Assembly: GCA_018238545.1 (NCBI GenBank) | Contig: JABCTC010000046.1 | Location: forward strand, 1 to 27,045 | Reading direction: 5' to 3' | DNA length: 27,045 nt | DNA from: Candidatus Heimdallarchaeota archaeon | GTDB taxonomy: Archaea; Asgardarchaeota; Heimdallarchaeia; Heimdallarchaeales; Heimdallarchaeaceae | In this document: positions 10,256-19,118 of the stretch, piece by piece | Numbering within the stretch: position 1 is the stretch's first letter | How the letters are laid out: each line of letters starts with the position of its first letter | Made by a program: the position numbers and the translations under genes | The notes under the pieces: model-generated | Seen by the model: the letters and a program-made list of their open reading frames with translations, nothing else | The model's database searches: none | Told to the model about the DNA's origin: nothing

Positions 10256-10909
10256 ATGACTGATCAAGAAAAAAAAGGCTTTAAATGGCCATGGGATTAT
10301 TTCCACTTTCAGACAAAAGGGCGTGGATCTATCTTCGCAAACGCTGAAAAAGGTAAGTTTATGTCTGTTACTTATTTTGCTGAATGGCTGATATTATGGT
10401 TTTCATTATTGATGACTGCATTTGTTTCGGTAATTGCAGGAGCTTTGGGTGGAAACTTAACAGCTGGATGGTATTTCGCGACCTTAGGTGTTGGATTTGT
10501 CGTCTCAATACCTGTTGCGTGGTTCTTCTTTGTCTTTATTATTGGACCATTAACAATGAGTATGGTACAATATGATTTCAGAGCAGATTTCAGAGCAAAG
10601 AGTTCAAAAGAACTTATGTTTTCAAAGAAATCAGGAAAGTTCTGGATTTGGGGTATTTTAGTAGATACTATGATTGTTGCCCCCATAACTCTAGTTGTAC
10701 CATTCTTCACAGGAATGATAGTGGGTGGTCATACAGCAGCGGAATCATGGATAGAAGCTACAGATGTGGGTAACTTCTTCAGAAACTATGCAGTAGCTTG
10801 GGTTCTAGCAATAATTATCATCATCTTTCTGCTATGGTTCCTAAAAGCTCAGCTTGGTCCTAACAAGAAATTAGTTGCAAGAATGCAAGCACAAGGACCT
10901 CCAAAATAG
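10256..10909 (+). CDS. small integral membrane protein with two-fold internal repeat (DUF2798-like, tentative)
   Basis: About four TM segments in two pairs (LMTAFVS..GWYFATLGVGFVVSIPVA / IVAPITLVV..FFRNYAVAWVLA); SD AAGGATG; T-tract after the stop. The family call is tentative. Confidence 0.7.
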   Translation: MTDQEKKGFKWPWDYFHFQTKGRGSIFANAEKGKFMSVTYFAEWLILWFSLLMTAFVSVIAGALGGNLTAGWYFATLGVGFVVSIPVAWFFFVFIIGPLTMSMVQYDFRADFRAKSSKELMFSKKSGKFWIWGILVDTMIVAPITLVVPFFTGMIVGGHTAAESWIEATDVGNFFRNYAVAWVLAIIIIIFLLWFLKAQLGPNKKLVARMQAQGPPK

Positions 10910-10917
10910 AAAGTACA

Positions 10918-10944
10918 ATTTCTTTCCTTTTCTTCCCTTTTTTT
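10918..10944 (+). terminator. oligo-T archaeal terminator
   Basis: ttctttccttttcttcccttttttt just after the 10909 stop. Confidence 0.6.
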
Positions 10945-10990
10945 GTAGAAAAAACATTTAATATCATTCTTTTATTTACTATATGATAAT

Positions 10991-12109
10991 ATGAATAAAA
11001 CTGATATTAAACCTAAGCCAAAACTCTCTTTCTTTCTTAAAAATCTTGGATTGCTTTGGAAATTAAAAAGAGCTAATAGAAAGGTTGGTGAGGATTTTGT
11101 TAATGCCAATAAGAAACTTCTAGAACCTATATATCCCGTCTCTGAAGGTAACAAAGGACCTATGGAAGAAGGTATGATTTATGTTATGTTTAACTCTGAA
11201 GGAAAAGAAAATCTAGATAAGATTGATACTGTTTTCAGATTTTTCTGGGTTGATTCTCCTTCTCTTCGTTTATCTGTTCTCGATTCCTATATTGTTTCAG
11301 AAAAATTTTCTTCTAGACAATGGGAAAAATTTTACCAAAAAGGAGTATTGCTTAACAAATCAAAAAATCGTTATCACCAAGAAGTTGCTGAGCCTGAGCT
11401 TGATTTTCTTATTGATGGTACCTGGGATGAAGGATATACCTTTGAGTTCCATGATAAAAAACTAGATATGAAAGCTAAATTGACTTATACTTCTCTTACC
11501 CCCAAGGGCATATTAGTTTATTATAATGGTAGAATGGCTATTACTCCTTCTATGGCACAAGAATTCTATGATAGTTTTGCTTTCAAAGTTACAGGAGAAT
11601 TTATCGTAGAGGGAAAGAAAGTAGAAATTAAAAATGGGAGAGGAATTATTGAACATGGGACAGGTATTTTCTCTATTCTAAATATCTACGATTGGCAATG
11701 GCTTAATTTGCAATTTCCAGAAGGATCAATCCATTTATTCTATCATTCTCTAGATATAAAGGACGAAGGAATATTCGAATCAGGAGAAGGTGCTTTAGTT
11801 ATGGATGATGAATGGTTCCATTTTCAACCATATGACTTCATGATAGAAGAAGTAGGTTATTCTGAAGATGAGAATATACCCTCCAAAGTACCAACCGAGT
11901 GGAAAGTAACTGGGGGAAAAGATGAGACGGGTAATCCTCTTTTAATCTTAAAAGTTACATCTAAAGCAAAAATATCTTGGATTGGTCAACTTGGCAAAGA
12001 GAACCAATTTATCACTAATTACGTTTTAACTGCTGAAGGTACTTGGAAAGGAAAGAAGATAAAAGGAAAAGGAACTATGGAGAATATAATGCATAGAATA
12101 ATAGAGTAA
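10991..12109 (+). CDS. AttH/CrtC/tocopherol cyclase-like double beta-barrel protein
   Basis: KVTGEFIVEGKKVEI.NGRGIIEHG, YDWQWLNLQF, KVPTEWKV and GTWKGKKIKGKGTME are typical of the AttH-like fold. Substrate unknown. Confidence 0.7.
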   Translation: MNKTDIKPKPKLSFFLKNLGLLWKLKRANRKVGEDFVNANKKLLEPIYPVSEGNKGPMEEGMIYVMFNSEGKENLDKIDTVFRFFWVDSPSLRLSVLDSYIVSEKFSSRQWEKFYQKGVLLNKSKNRYHQEVAEPELDFLIDGTWDEGYTFEFHDKKLDMKAKLTYTSLTPKGILVYYNGRMAITPSMAQEFYDSFAFKVTGEFIVEGKKVEIKNGRGIIEHGTGIFSILNIYDWQWLNLQFPEGSIHLFYHSLDIKDEGIFESGEGALVMDDEWFHFQPYDFMIEEVGYSEDENIPSKVPTEWKVTGGKDETGNPLLILKVTSKAKISWIGQLGKENQFITNYVLTAEGTWKGKKIKGKGTMENIMHRIIE

Positions 12110-12174
12110 ACAATCACTTCTCTCTCTACTTCTATTGCGAACTTTCTCTGATATAATTCTCATAAAGAAAGGAG

Positions 12175-13356
12175 TTAAAGAAGATTTAACTCTTTATGTT
12201 TTTCCGCTATTTTTTCTGCCATTATGTCTAATGCTTTGAAAGATTCTTCTTTTGGATGACCTTTGACATAAACAGGTTCTAAAATCTCAACTTCCTTCAA
12301 TCCTGGCACCATGTTGACAACTTGATCTATAGTCTTTGTAAACCATCCATAAGAACCAATAACTGAAATTAGTTTAATTTTTGGTTTCAGGGCATTTAGT
12401 AGATAGGCTGCATACACAGCTAAAGGATGAGGACCTGCGTGAACTGTTGGAGTGCCAAGAATCACAGTAGCTGCATCAACTAAAGTTATAGCAAGTTTAC
12501 CTATATCTACAACAGCTAAATCAAACTGATAGACTGTCACACCTTTTTCTACTAGAGCACCAACTAAGTATTCTACCATAATCCTTGTACTACCGTGCAT
12601 AGATACATAAGGGATAACTACAACATTTTTTGGCTTGTCTGAAATCCAATCTTCATAAGCATCTATTATGAAAGAGGGTTTGTCATAAATAGGTCCATGA
12701 CTAGGAGCTATCAGTTGGATTTCCAGTTTATTTACTTTATCAATATTTTTTCGAATAATTTTGCTAAACGGCATCATTATCTCAGCAAAATATCTTTTAG
12801 CGGCTTCATAGACTAATCCCTCATCTCTAACATAGAGATCGGTTGTTGCAACATGTGAACCAAAGAAGTCACAAGAAAAGAGTATTTTATCTTCTACAAG
12901 GTAGGAAACCATTGTTTCTGGCCAATGAACCCAAGGAGTATGGATGAATTTTAATGTTTTATCACCTAAAGAGATTTCCTCTCCGTCTTCTACAATCTGT
13001 ATCTGTTCTGGAGAAATCAATAAGTGATCTAGCAACATTTCCTTTCCTTTTTTAGTTGCGAGAACTATAGCAGATGGATACTTCTTAAGAACAGCTGGTA
13101 TAGCCCCTGAATGATCTTGTTCTGTATGGTGAGATACAATATAATCGATTTTTTCAACATCTTTCAACTGGGAGAAAAGTGTATCTGTCATGCTTGGTTC
13201 TATGGTGTCAAGCAAAACGGTTTTTTCACTTCCTTGAATCAAATAGGAATTATAACTAGTTCCATCAGGAAGAGGTATAAGAGAATCAAATAACCGTCTA
13301 TCCCAATCTATTCCACCTAACCAATAAACATTATCGGTTATTTTTCGTTTATTCAT
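12175..13356 (-). CDS. fprA: flavodiiron protein, FprA family (O2/NO reductase)
   Basis: GTSYNSYLI, SHHTEQDHSG, HWPET, SCDFFG and APSHG diiron ligands; flavodoxin domain YVSMHGST...GSYGW. Confidence 0.95.
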   Translation of the reverse strand: MNKRKITDNVYWLGGIDWDRRLFDSLIPLPDGTSYNSYLIQGSEKTVLLDTIEPSMTDTLFSQLKDVEKIDYIVSHHTEQDHSGAIPAVLKKYPSAIVLATKKGKEMLLDHLLISPEQIQIVEDGEEISLGDKTLKFIHTPWVHWPETMVSYLVEDKILFSCDFFGSHVATTDLYVRDEGLVYEAAKRYFAEIMMPFSKIIRKNIDKVNKLEIQLIAPSHGPIYDKPSFIIDAYEDWISDKPKNVVVIPYVSMHGSTRIMVEYLVGALVEKGVTVYQFDLAVVDIGKLAITLVDAATVILGTPTVHAGPHPLAVYAAYLLNALKPKIKLISVIGSYGWFTKTIDQVVNMVPGLKEVEILEPVYVKGHPKEESFKALDIMAEKIAEKHKELNLL

Positions 13357-13477
13357 GTGAAATACAAGGAATGGCAGTATTTAACTTATTCTCAATGACA
13401 TCTTATATCAAGGTTTTAAATTGGAAAAAGTTAAAGAGTATTTGATGAACCTTTCTTAATTATTCTCAACTCATAAA

Positions 13478-13966
13478 CTATGATTTCTGTTTTTCTAATT
13501 CCATTTTTAGTTCTTCATTATAGTCTGCTCTACTAGAATCATATTTTTTAGCTTCATCTGGATCTGCCAAGTTATCCCAATAGTGCTTATAATTGCTGGG
13601 GATGTCTTGAATATTTTTGTGATTTAGTAAATAATTAGTTGGCATTGGGTGAGTTCCTATTTCTACCTTCACTCCTATGTTCTTCTCAATGTGATTCTTG
13701 AAAACATCTATATTGGGACATGGAGGGTATCCTGCTAACATGCCAGTTGCAAAATGTATAACGTCTACACCATAATTCTTCATTCCTGAAGCAACGTATT
13801 CTATATTTCCACCTGGACATCCGCCACAAGTTGAGTAACCTATTACTTCTACTTCCTCATCAACATATTTCTTAAAAGCTCCATCTCGCTCTCTAACTGC
13901 TCTGAAGCATTTACCACCATTACAAGTATTGTAGCGATCACAAATAATAATTCCAATTCTTTGCAT
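13478..13966 (-). CDS. CGGC domain-containing protein
   Basis: IGIIIC..CNGGKC, TCGGCPG, IHFATG...PPCP, GTH pattern. Confidence 0.93.
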   Translation of the reverse strand: MQRIGIIICDRYNTCNGGKCFRAVRERDGAFKKYVDEEVEVIGYSTCGGCPGGNIEYVASGMKNYGVDVIHFATGMLAGYPPCPNIDVFKNHIEKNIGVKVEIGTHPMPTNYLLNHKNIQDIPSNYKHYWDNLADPDEAKKYDSSRADYNEELKMELEKQKS

Positions 13967-14093
13967 CTTAAATCAATGTAACAATTTTTTCAAATATTTT
14001 AAACCTTATTCAACAACTTTGCTGATTAGAACATCAAAGAAGTAGTGAACAATGTTTACTCCCTCTTCCAGTAGAATAATTATCTAGTAAAGC

Positions 14094-15386
14094 TTATTTT
14101 GATTCGCATATGGAATTTAGCGTTTTAAGAAAACCTCTTACTTCTTCCAGAGTATTATATTGTACCAAACTTATTCGCACAACTTTTTGTTTTTCATGTA
14201 AATCTTGTGCTAGTGAATAGAAATGACCTGAACGAGCAGCTATTCTTCCCTCATCCCATAAACGTTTTGCAACTTCTTCACCTGAAATACCCTCAACATC
14301 AAAGGAAAACGTTGGTACTCTCTCATTTAATCTCTGACTATCTGTCAAACCGTATACAGTTACACCGGGCATGTTTAATAAACCAGGAACTTCCTCAAAT
14401 CCCTTCAAAACTGCTAATGATAATCCAATCTCATTTTGTTGTATCGCATCCATAGCGATTTTCAGAAAACGTCGTCTTCCTTTAAATTCGGTAAACTTCC
14501 CACTATATTGCTGTTGCACTTCCCTTCCAATCCATTCTAGATGATCAACTACAGCACTAAATGCAGCAAAGAAAGCTTGATTTCTTGTCCCCCACTCATA
14601 TTTGCCCGGAGCTGTAGTTGGTGCAGTTTTTACTTTGAAGGGTCTAAGAGCCTCAAGGTACTTTTTCTTACCATAGAGAAAACTTCCATGCGAGCTGAAA
14701 ATTTTATAAGTGGAAAAAACTAGAAAATCACAATTTAATTCTTGAACATCAATTATACCATGCATTATCTGATGAACAGCATCAATGAAGTAGTATGCAC
14801 CAGCTTCTTTAGCCATTTTTCCGATTTCTTCTAAAGGACTTTTTGTACCTAAGAAATTGGATGCAGCAGTAATTGTAACAACCTTGGTATTTTCATCTAT
14901 CAACCCCTTTAAGTGCTCTAGGTCAATTGTTCCATCTTTCATATTCACTCTGGCATAACGAACTTCCTTTATTTTTCCTTGATCCTTGAGTTCTTCCCAA
15001 GGACTAACATTAGTATAGTGTTCATAGTCTGTAGCAACTACATTCTCTATTCCAGTAAATTCTTTGCCTAAGGCATAACTAATGTTGAAAACTAGTGAAG
15101 TAGCTGATTCACCAGAAATAATATTTTCAGGAGATGGGGCATTAAGCAAGTCTGCTACAGCTTGTCTTCCTTCGCGAATGATTTTCATTGCTTGTTGAGA
15201 TTCATCAAAAACACCACCAATATTGGCACTGAAATTAATCCGTGCATCGTGTTCAGCTTTTGCAGCTTGTTTCAAGACTAATGTCCCTGTTCCATTATCA
15301 AAAAAGGATCTGTTATTTCCATTAAAATCTACAGCTGACTGAGGAAAAGCTGCTCGTATTTTTTCTACTAACTCTTTACTAAACAT
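14094..15386 (-). CDS. class V aminotransferase, cysteine desulfurase-like protein (VC1184-type, no catalytic Cys)
   Basis: IRAAFP..FFDNG.GT, ASNFLGT, DAVH, FSTYK (PLP Lys), E.GT; RSGHFY in place of R.GxxC. Confidence 0.9.
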   Translation of the reverse strand: MFSKELVEKIRAAFPQSAVDFNGNNRSFFDNGTGTLVLKQAAKAEHDARINFSANIGGVFDESQQAMKIIREGRQAVADLLNAPSPENIISGESATSLVFNISYALGKEFTGIENVVATDYEHYTNVSPWEELKDQGKIKEVRYARVNMKDGTIDLEHLKGLIDENTKVVTITAASNFLGTKSPLEEIGKMAKEAGAYYFIDAVHQIMHGIIDVQELNCDFLVFSTYKIFSSHGSFLYGKKKYLEALRPFKVKTAPTTAPGKYEWGTRNQAFFAAFSAVVDHLEWIGREVQQQYSGKFTEFKGRRRFLKIAMDAIQQNEIGLSLAVLKGFEEVPGLLNMPGVTVYGLTDSQRLNERVPTFSFDVEGISGEEVAKRLWDEGRIAARSGHFYSLAQDLHEKQKVVRISLVQYNTLEEVRGFLKTLNSICESK

Positions 15387-15616
15387 CAGTGATCATCCTA
15401 TGTAAAAAACCCCTTTATGGACAGAAGAGATAAGCCTTAGATTTGAAGTTTTTGGTTTTCAAAAGTTCATGGTGGAATTGACTTTTGATCTCAATATATT
15501 AAAAACACAAGATAAATAAAGTATAAGGAGAAAAAAAAGTAGGAAGTCTCTGTGCAAATTGTGTTTCAAGAGACAAAGGAATTTCGTCTCGAAATTTCAC
15601 AATCTCCAAGAGATTA

Positions 15617-15637
15617 GGGGAGGATTATTCCTCTCCC
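15617..15637 (-). terminator. GC-rich hairpin 3' of the 16-aa peptide gene (U-tract further on at 15531-15538)
   Basis: GGGAGAGGA-ATAA-TCCTCCCC begins 12 nt after the stop codon; two more hairpins and a T8 tract follow. Confidence 0.5.
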
Positions 15638-15648
15638 ACTCCTTCTAT

Positions 15649-15699
15649 TTATGGTGGCCAGAATTCTGGCTCGTCTGGGTCTCCTTGTGGTCCGAACAT
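15649..15699 (-). CDS. 16-aa Pro-rich acidic peptide MFGPQGDPDEPEFWPP
   Basis: SD AAGGAGGTG at 15717-15709, 9-nt spacer, ATG at 15699, TAA at 15651-15649. GC-rich island with a 3' hairpin; TTTAAATA box upstream at 15855-15848. Confidence 0.6.
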   Translation of the reverse strand: MFGPQGDPDEPEFWPP

Positions 15700-15821
15700 C
15701 CTTACATACACCTCCTTGTGTTACTATTGTATGGAAGACAACAAGGAGAAATCTTCTATGTCAAAAAGGGTGAAAAACAAATTGTATCTTATCTTCAGGC
15801 TGTAAGATGCCGTTCTAATTG

Positions 15822-15872
15822 TCGGATATTCTTACCCGATACTCCAATATTTAAAGGAAAATCGTTAAATAA
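15822..15872. promoter_or_regulatory. back-to-back divergent promoters with a candidate operator
   Basis: Minus-strand TTTAAATA (15855-15848); plus-strand GGAAAATCG-TTAAATAA (TATA 15865-15872), 23 nt before ATG 15896, implying a leaderless mRNA; imperfect inverted repeat TCGG-N10-CCGA at 15822-15839. Confidence 0.5.
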
Positions 15873-15895
15873 AGCAAAAAACTCCACAATTTGCC

Positions 15896-17386
15896 ATGTC
15901 TGGCATTACAAATCAGAATCTTGTAATTAGGTTGGAGGAAGCGGATAAAATCTTGGAAGATGATTACGCTCAATTCCATAGTGTTATAGTTGACAATAGT
16001 ATTCAATCTGAATCTCCGTTGTGGGACATAGCCTGTTTTCTGACCTATTTTGAGCTTTCACCTAAATCAGTAAAAAAGCAAAAATGGGTGGAGTACTGGT
16101 TCAAATTCAGTAAAACAAGAAAATACAAGAATCTCGTTTATATGGTTCCAGCTAGCTACGTTGCATTATCTGATTTGCGTAAAGCTAAAGACTTCTTCGT
16201 CAATCTTCTAGAACAAAGCAGACGATCAATGAAAGAGTTGGCATGGGAAACTTTCCTCTCTATTTTTTATCAATTCAGAGCATCTGTTAAGCCCTCATTT
16301 AATAAAAGAGAATTTGCTGTGTTCAAGACAATTCTAGATAGACAAACGATGGTTTCAAGCGAGCTTAAAGATTATTTAGACATTGATCTCTCCAATATTT
16401 CAAAGTATAAGAACATCGTAGGATCAAAGAGAGTCTTACATCAAGGCATCTCTCTAAATTATCATAAACTTGATCTTTCAGTATATGGTTTGATGTTTGA
16501 ATACCCTCTGACAAACGATATTGATCTTTTCTCTAAATTGTCGAAAAGTGTGTTTTTTCATTCCTTGTATACTGGAAATGTTGGGTGCAGATCCTCTCTC
16601 TCGTATTTCGTTGCACCAAGGTTTGAAAAAGTAGAAAATGACTTAAGAAAATTATCAAAGAGAATATGCGAAAATAATCATGTCCCTTACTCTCGTGTTT
16701 TACGATTTCTAACCGAAACTAGATTGAAGTCATTTAATTGTAACATATACGATTTTAAGACTGGAAATTGGAAACTCAATCCTCAAAATCTTCAGTTTAC
16801 TCTTCAAGATTATGATTCAAGATTAGTTGAGTCAGTACCTATACTAACTCGCGATTTTGAGAAGTGTGACTATGAAAAATTAAGATTGAATAAAACAGGT
16901 CTTGATATCTTAAATCACATTCTTGCAAACAAACACTTATCGATAAGGGATATAGTTAGTGACCTTGGATTGGCAGAAAAAGAAGTAAAGAAGCAAGTTG
17001 ACAAACTTCGAAAAAATGACTTGTACAAGTTGCGATACAACCCTTTATTCGTATTTGGCTTAAAACACATTATCTTATTTTTACGTGATTTTCATGAAAA
17101 TCAGCATGAGATTCATAAGACTCTGTCCTTCTTCCCAGAAGTGTTTAGTGAACAATATGTATCTGAAGGAAAAAATGGTCTTTACATTGTCCTTAGGGTT
17201 CCTTATGAGCTTGTAGTTGATGCAATTGAGTCTCTTACAGACTTTTTTAAAGGAAAAATAGAGAATCTTTTCATCGTTGACCAAATGATTACAACAAGAT
17301 ATCAGTTGCCTGTAGATAAATATGAAACAGTTTTTCAAGAGTGGAAGTACTCTTCTGAAGATATCCTGGGAGCTGATTTTAAGTGA
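15896..17386 (+). CDS. tandem Lrp/AsnC-like winged-helix transcriptional regulator with an extra N-terminal domain
   Basis: Two HTH + linker units: FNKREFAVFKTI...SELKDYLDIDLSNISKY...LNYHKLDL and LNKTGLDILNHI...SIRDIVSDLGLAEKEVKKQVDKLRK...FGL, each followed by an alpha/beta domain ending in W-K-hydrophobic. Confidence 0.75.
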   Translation: MSGITNQNLVIRLEEADKILEDDYAQFHSVIVDNSIQSESPLWDIACFLTYFELSPKSVKKQKWVEYWFKFSKTRKYKNLVYMVPASYVALSDLRKAKDFFVNLLEQSRRSMKELAWETFLSIFYQFRASVKPSFNKREFAVFKTILDRQTMVSSELKDYLDIDLSNISKYKNIVGSKRVLHQGISLNYHKLDLSVYGLMFEYPLTNDIDLFSKLSKSVFFHSLYTGNVGCRSSLSYFVAPRFEKVENDLRKLSKRICENNHVPYSRVLRFLTETRLKSFNCNIYDFKTGNWKLNPQNLQFTLQDYDSRLVESVPILTRDFEKCDYEKLRLNKTGLDILNHILANKHLSIRDIVSDLGLAEKEVKKQVDKLRKNDLYKLRYNPLFVFGLKHIILFLRDFHENQHEIHKTLSFFPEVFSEQYVSEGKNGLYIVLRVPYELVVDAIESLTDFFKGKIENLFIVDQMITTRYQLPVDKYETVFQEWKYSSEDILGADFK

Positions 17387-18837
17387 AAGAAATCTATTTG
17401 ACATTCTATCAATTTATACCGTTAATAGAAATAGCTTACTCACACGAATTGCGAGATCACTTGAAATTCTTAGCTGAAGGAAACACCACATCTAAAACCA
17501 TTGAGAAAAGTTATAAAAACAAAAAGATTTGTGAAACTTCAGAAGACATTAAAACTGCTTTTCTTTCAACTTACAGCGATTTGAGATGGTCTTGGTATGA
17601 TGATGGTTATAACTATTACAGAAATTTTCGAAGTTTCATTTTTCAAAACCAACCACTGAGGCCACTTGTTCCAATAATTTCTAGAACAATTAAATGGAAG
17701 AGAACTCCAACAGTAGATTCTAAAATTGTTTCAACAAAAAAAGCCGAGTTGTCACCAATTTTAATTGGTCGTTCGATAAAAAAAATTATCCTCACAAAAA
17801 CTGATAAGAATGTTAGAGATTTTGAATCGAATCTGAAATTATTGCTCCGTTTCTGCAATGAGAGTAAAATCAAAGAAAAAATGTCTTTTCTAAATGGCGT
17901 ATTCAAGGATACAAGTGCTATAAGTATTCAAGATTCAGATATTATCACAATCATTGAGACAGATCCACAAACGTATAAGAATCTTGATTTTGCAAATCAG
18001 AAAATAAATCGAGTATATTACGGTGGAATAGAGCTTTTTGTTCACGATATGAAACAAGTTTATGTTATTTACAAAGAAAAACCACCAAAGGTACTCAGAA
18101 AGAGAGTAGAGAAGATTGTTTCTTTAGTTTTCAGTTTGAAATTCCTTATTCAACGTGCAACATATTTATTGAGCACCGACTTATTGGAAAATCTGGGGAT
18201 TAGAACCGTCTCAAACGTTCTAGAATACTTTCTATCATCTTTAAATCCCTCAATTTATTCTTCTCAAAATATACCAAATTTGCTACCAAAACATTACCAA
18301 AGAATGCTATTCAAATCACTTTGTAGAAAGATGAACCTTCTAAATAATTTTTCAAATCTTTTTGAAAAAATCAAGAAAAAGATACTGGATATGCCAGCTT
18401 ATGAAGCAAGTTTCTTTTTCAGGAAGAAGAATATTTTTACAAACGATTTAAGAGACAAAGTTATTCTTACTCTCGCTGAAGAACCAGAGCCTAAATTATC
18501 GGTGCAGGAAAGGCTGATGTTGGACTTTTTTGTTGATCAATATAAGAAAGAACTTGAAAATGATCCCCTGTATGATTTCAAAGTCCAAAGAGAGGAAACT
18601 TTAGGGACTATGACTAGAAATATTGTCAGAAAAAACATTAACACTTGGTTAAAAGATAAAGGCTTTCCAAAAAATACTTTTACAGATAACGAGTTGAAGA
18701 AAGCCCCAGTAGCAGATGTAATAAGTAGGTTAAATAAGAAGGACTTGATAATCATCGCCCCTGTGGAAAAGGGAAGAGTAGAGCTTCATTTGAGCTTAAA
18801 TGAAACAAACAAATTTATAGAAAAATTATTGCTGTGA
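17383..18837 (+). CDS. hypothetical protein with probable C-terminal winged-helix domain
   Basis: GTGA 4-bp overlap with the upstream gene; C-terminal LSVQERLMLDFF...VADVISRLNKKDLII..VEKGR.ELHLSL resembles a wHTH. N-terminal 360 aa not recognised. Confidence 0.7.
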   Translation: MKEIYLTFYQFIPLIEIAYSHELRDHLKFLAEGNTTSKTIEKSYKNKKICETSEDIKTAFLSTYSDLRWSWYDDGYNYYRNFRSFIFQNQPLRPLVPIISRTIKWKRTPTVDSKIVSTKKAELSPILIGRSIKKIILTKTDKNVRDFESNLKLLLRFCNESKIKEKMSFLNGVFKDTSAISIQDSDIITIIETDPQTYKNLDFANQKINRVYYGGIELFVHDMKQVYVIYKEKPPKVLRKRVEKIVSLVFSLKFLIQRATYLLSTDLLENLGIRTVSNVLEYFLSSLNPSIYSSQNIPNLLPKHYQRMLFKSLCRKMNLLNNFSNLFEKIKKKILDMPAYEASFFFRKKNIFTNDLRDKVILTLAEEPEPKLSVQERLMLDFFVDQYKKELENDPLYDFKVQREETLGTMTRNIVRKNINTWLKDKGFPKNTFTDNELKKAPVADVISRLNKKDLIIIAPVEKGRVELHLSLNETNKFIEKLLL

Positions 18838-18976
18838 AACACACTTTTATTTATCTAATCCCATCAAACTATCCTCAAGCATTCATGGTAATTTTTCAAT
18901 GATTTTTTACAATATTGAGACAAAAAAATCCTCTTTATAATAGACCCCATTCTCTATAAATCAAGTGAGTGATTTC

Positions 18977-19117
18977 ATGTCTTACCTAACTCCAGTAATT
19001 TACGGTCACAATTTAGTGATAGGGGAGGGAGTCATGTTGACTACGGGAGACATTGGAAGAACTATACCCGAGGGAGTTTCATTTTATTCAAGATGTGGAG
19101 TAATGGAGGTAGGTTGA
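18977..19117 (+). CDS. 46-aa small protein MSYLTPVIYGHNLVIGEGVMLTTGDIGRTIPEGVSFYSRCGVMEVG
   Basis: TTTATAA box at ~18934, SD GAGTGAT, ATG at 18977, TGA at 19115-19117, 1 nt before the next ORF. Confidence 0.5.
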   Translation: MSYLTPVIYGHNLVIGEGVMLTTGDIGRTIPEGVSFYSRCGVMEVG

Positions 19118-19118
19118 G

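Noticed and set aside
15649-15699. Peptide as a lasso/RiPP precursor or PEF-CTERM substrate
   Set aside because: No leader, no modifying enzymes in the window, and PEF is not followed by a TM helix.
15559-15930. 123-aa plus-strand ORF in the track
   Set aside because: TTG start without SD, odd composition, spans both promoters and is antisense to the SD-led peptide; treated as a shadow ORF.
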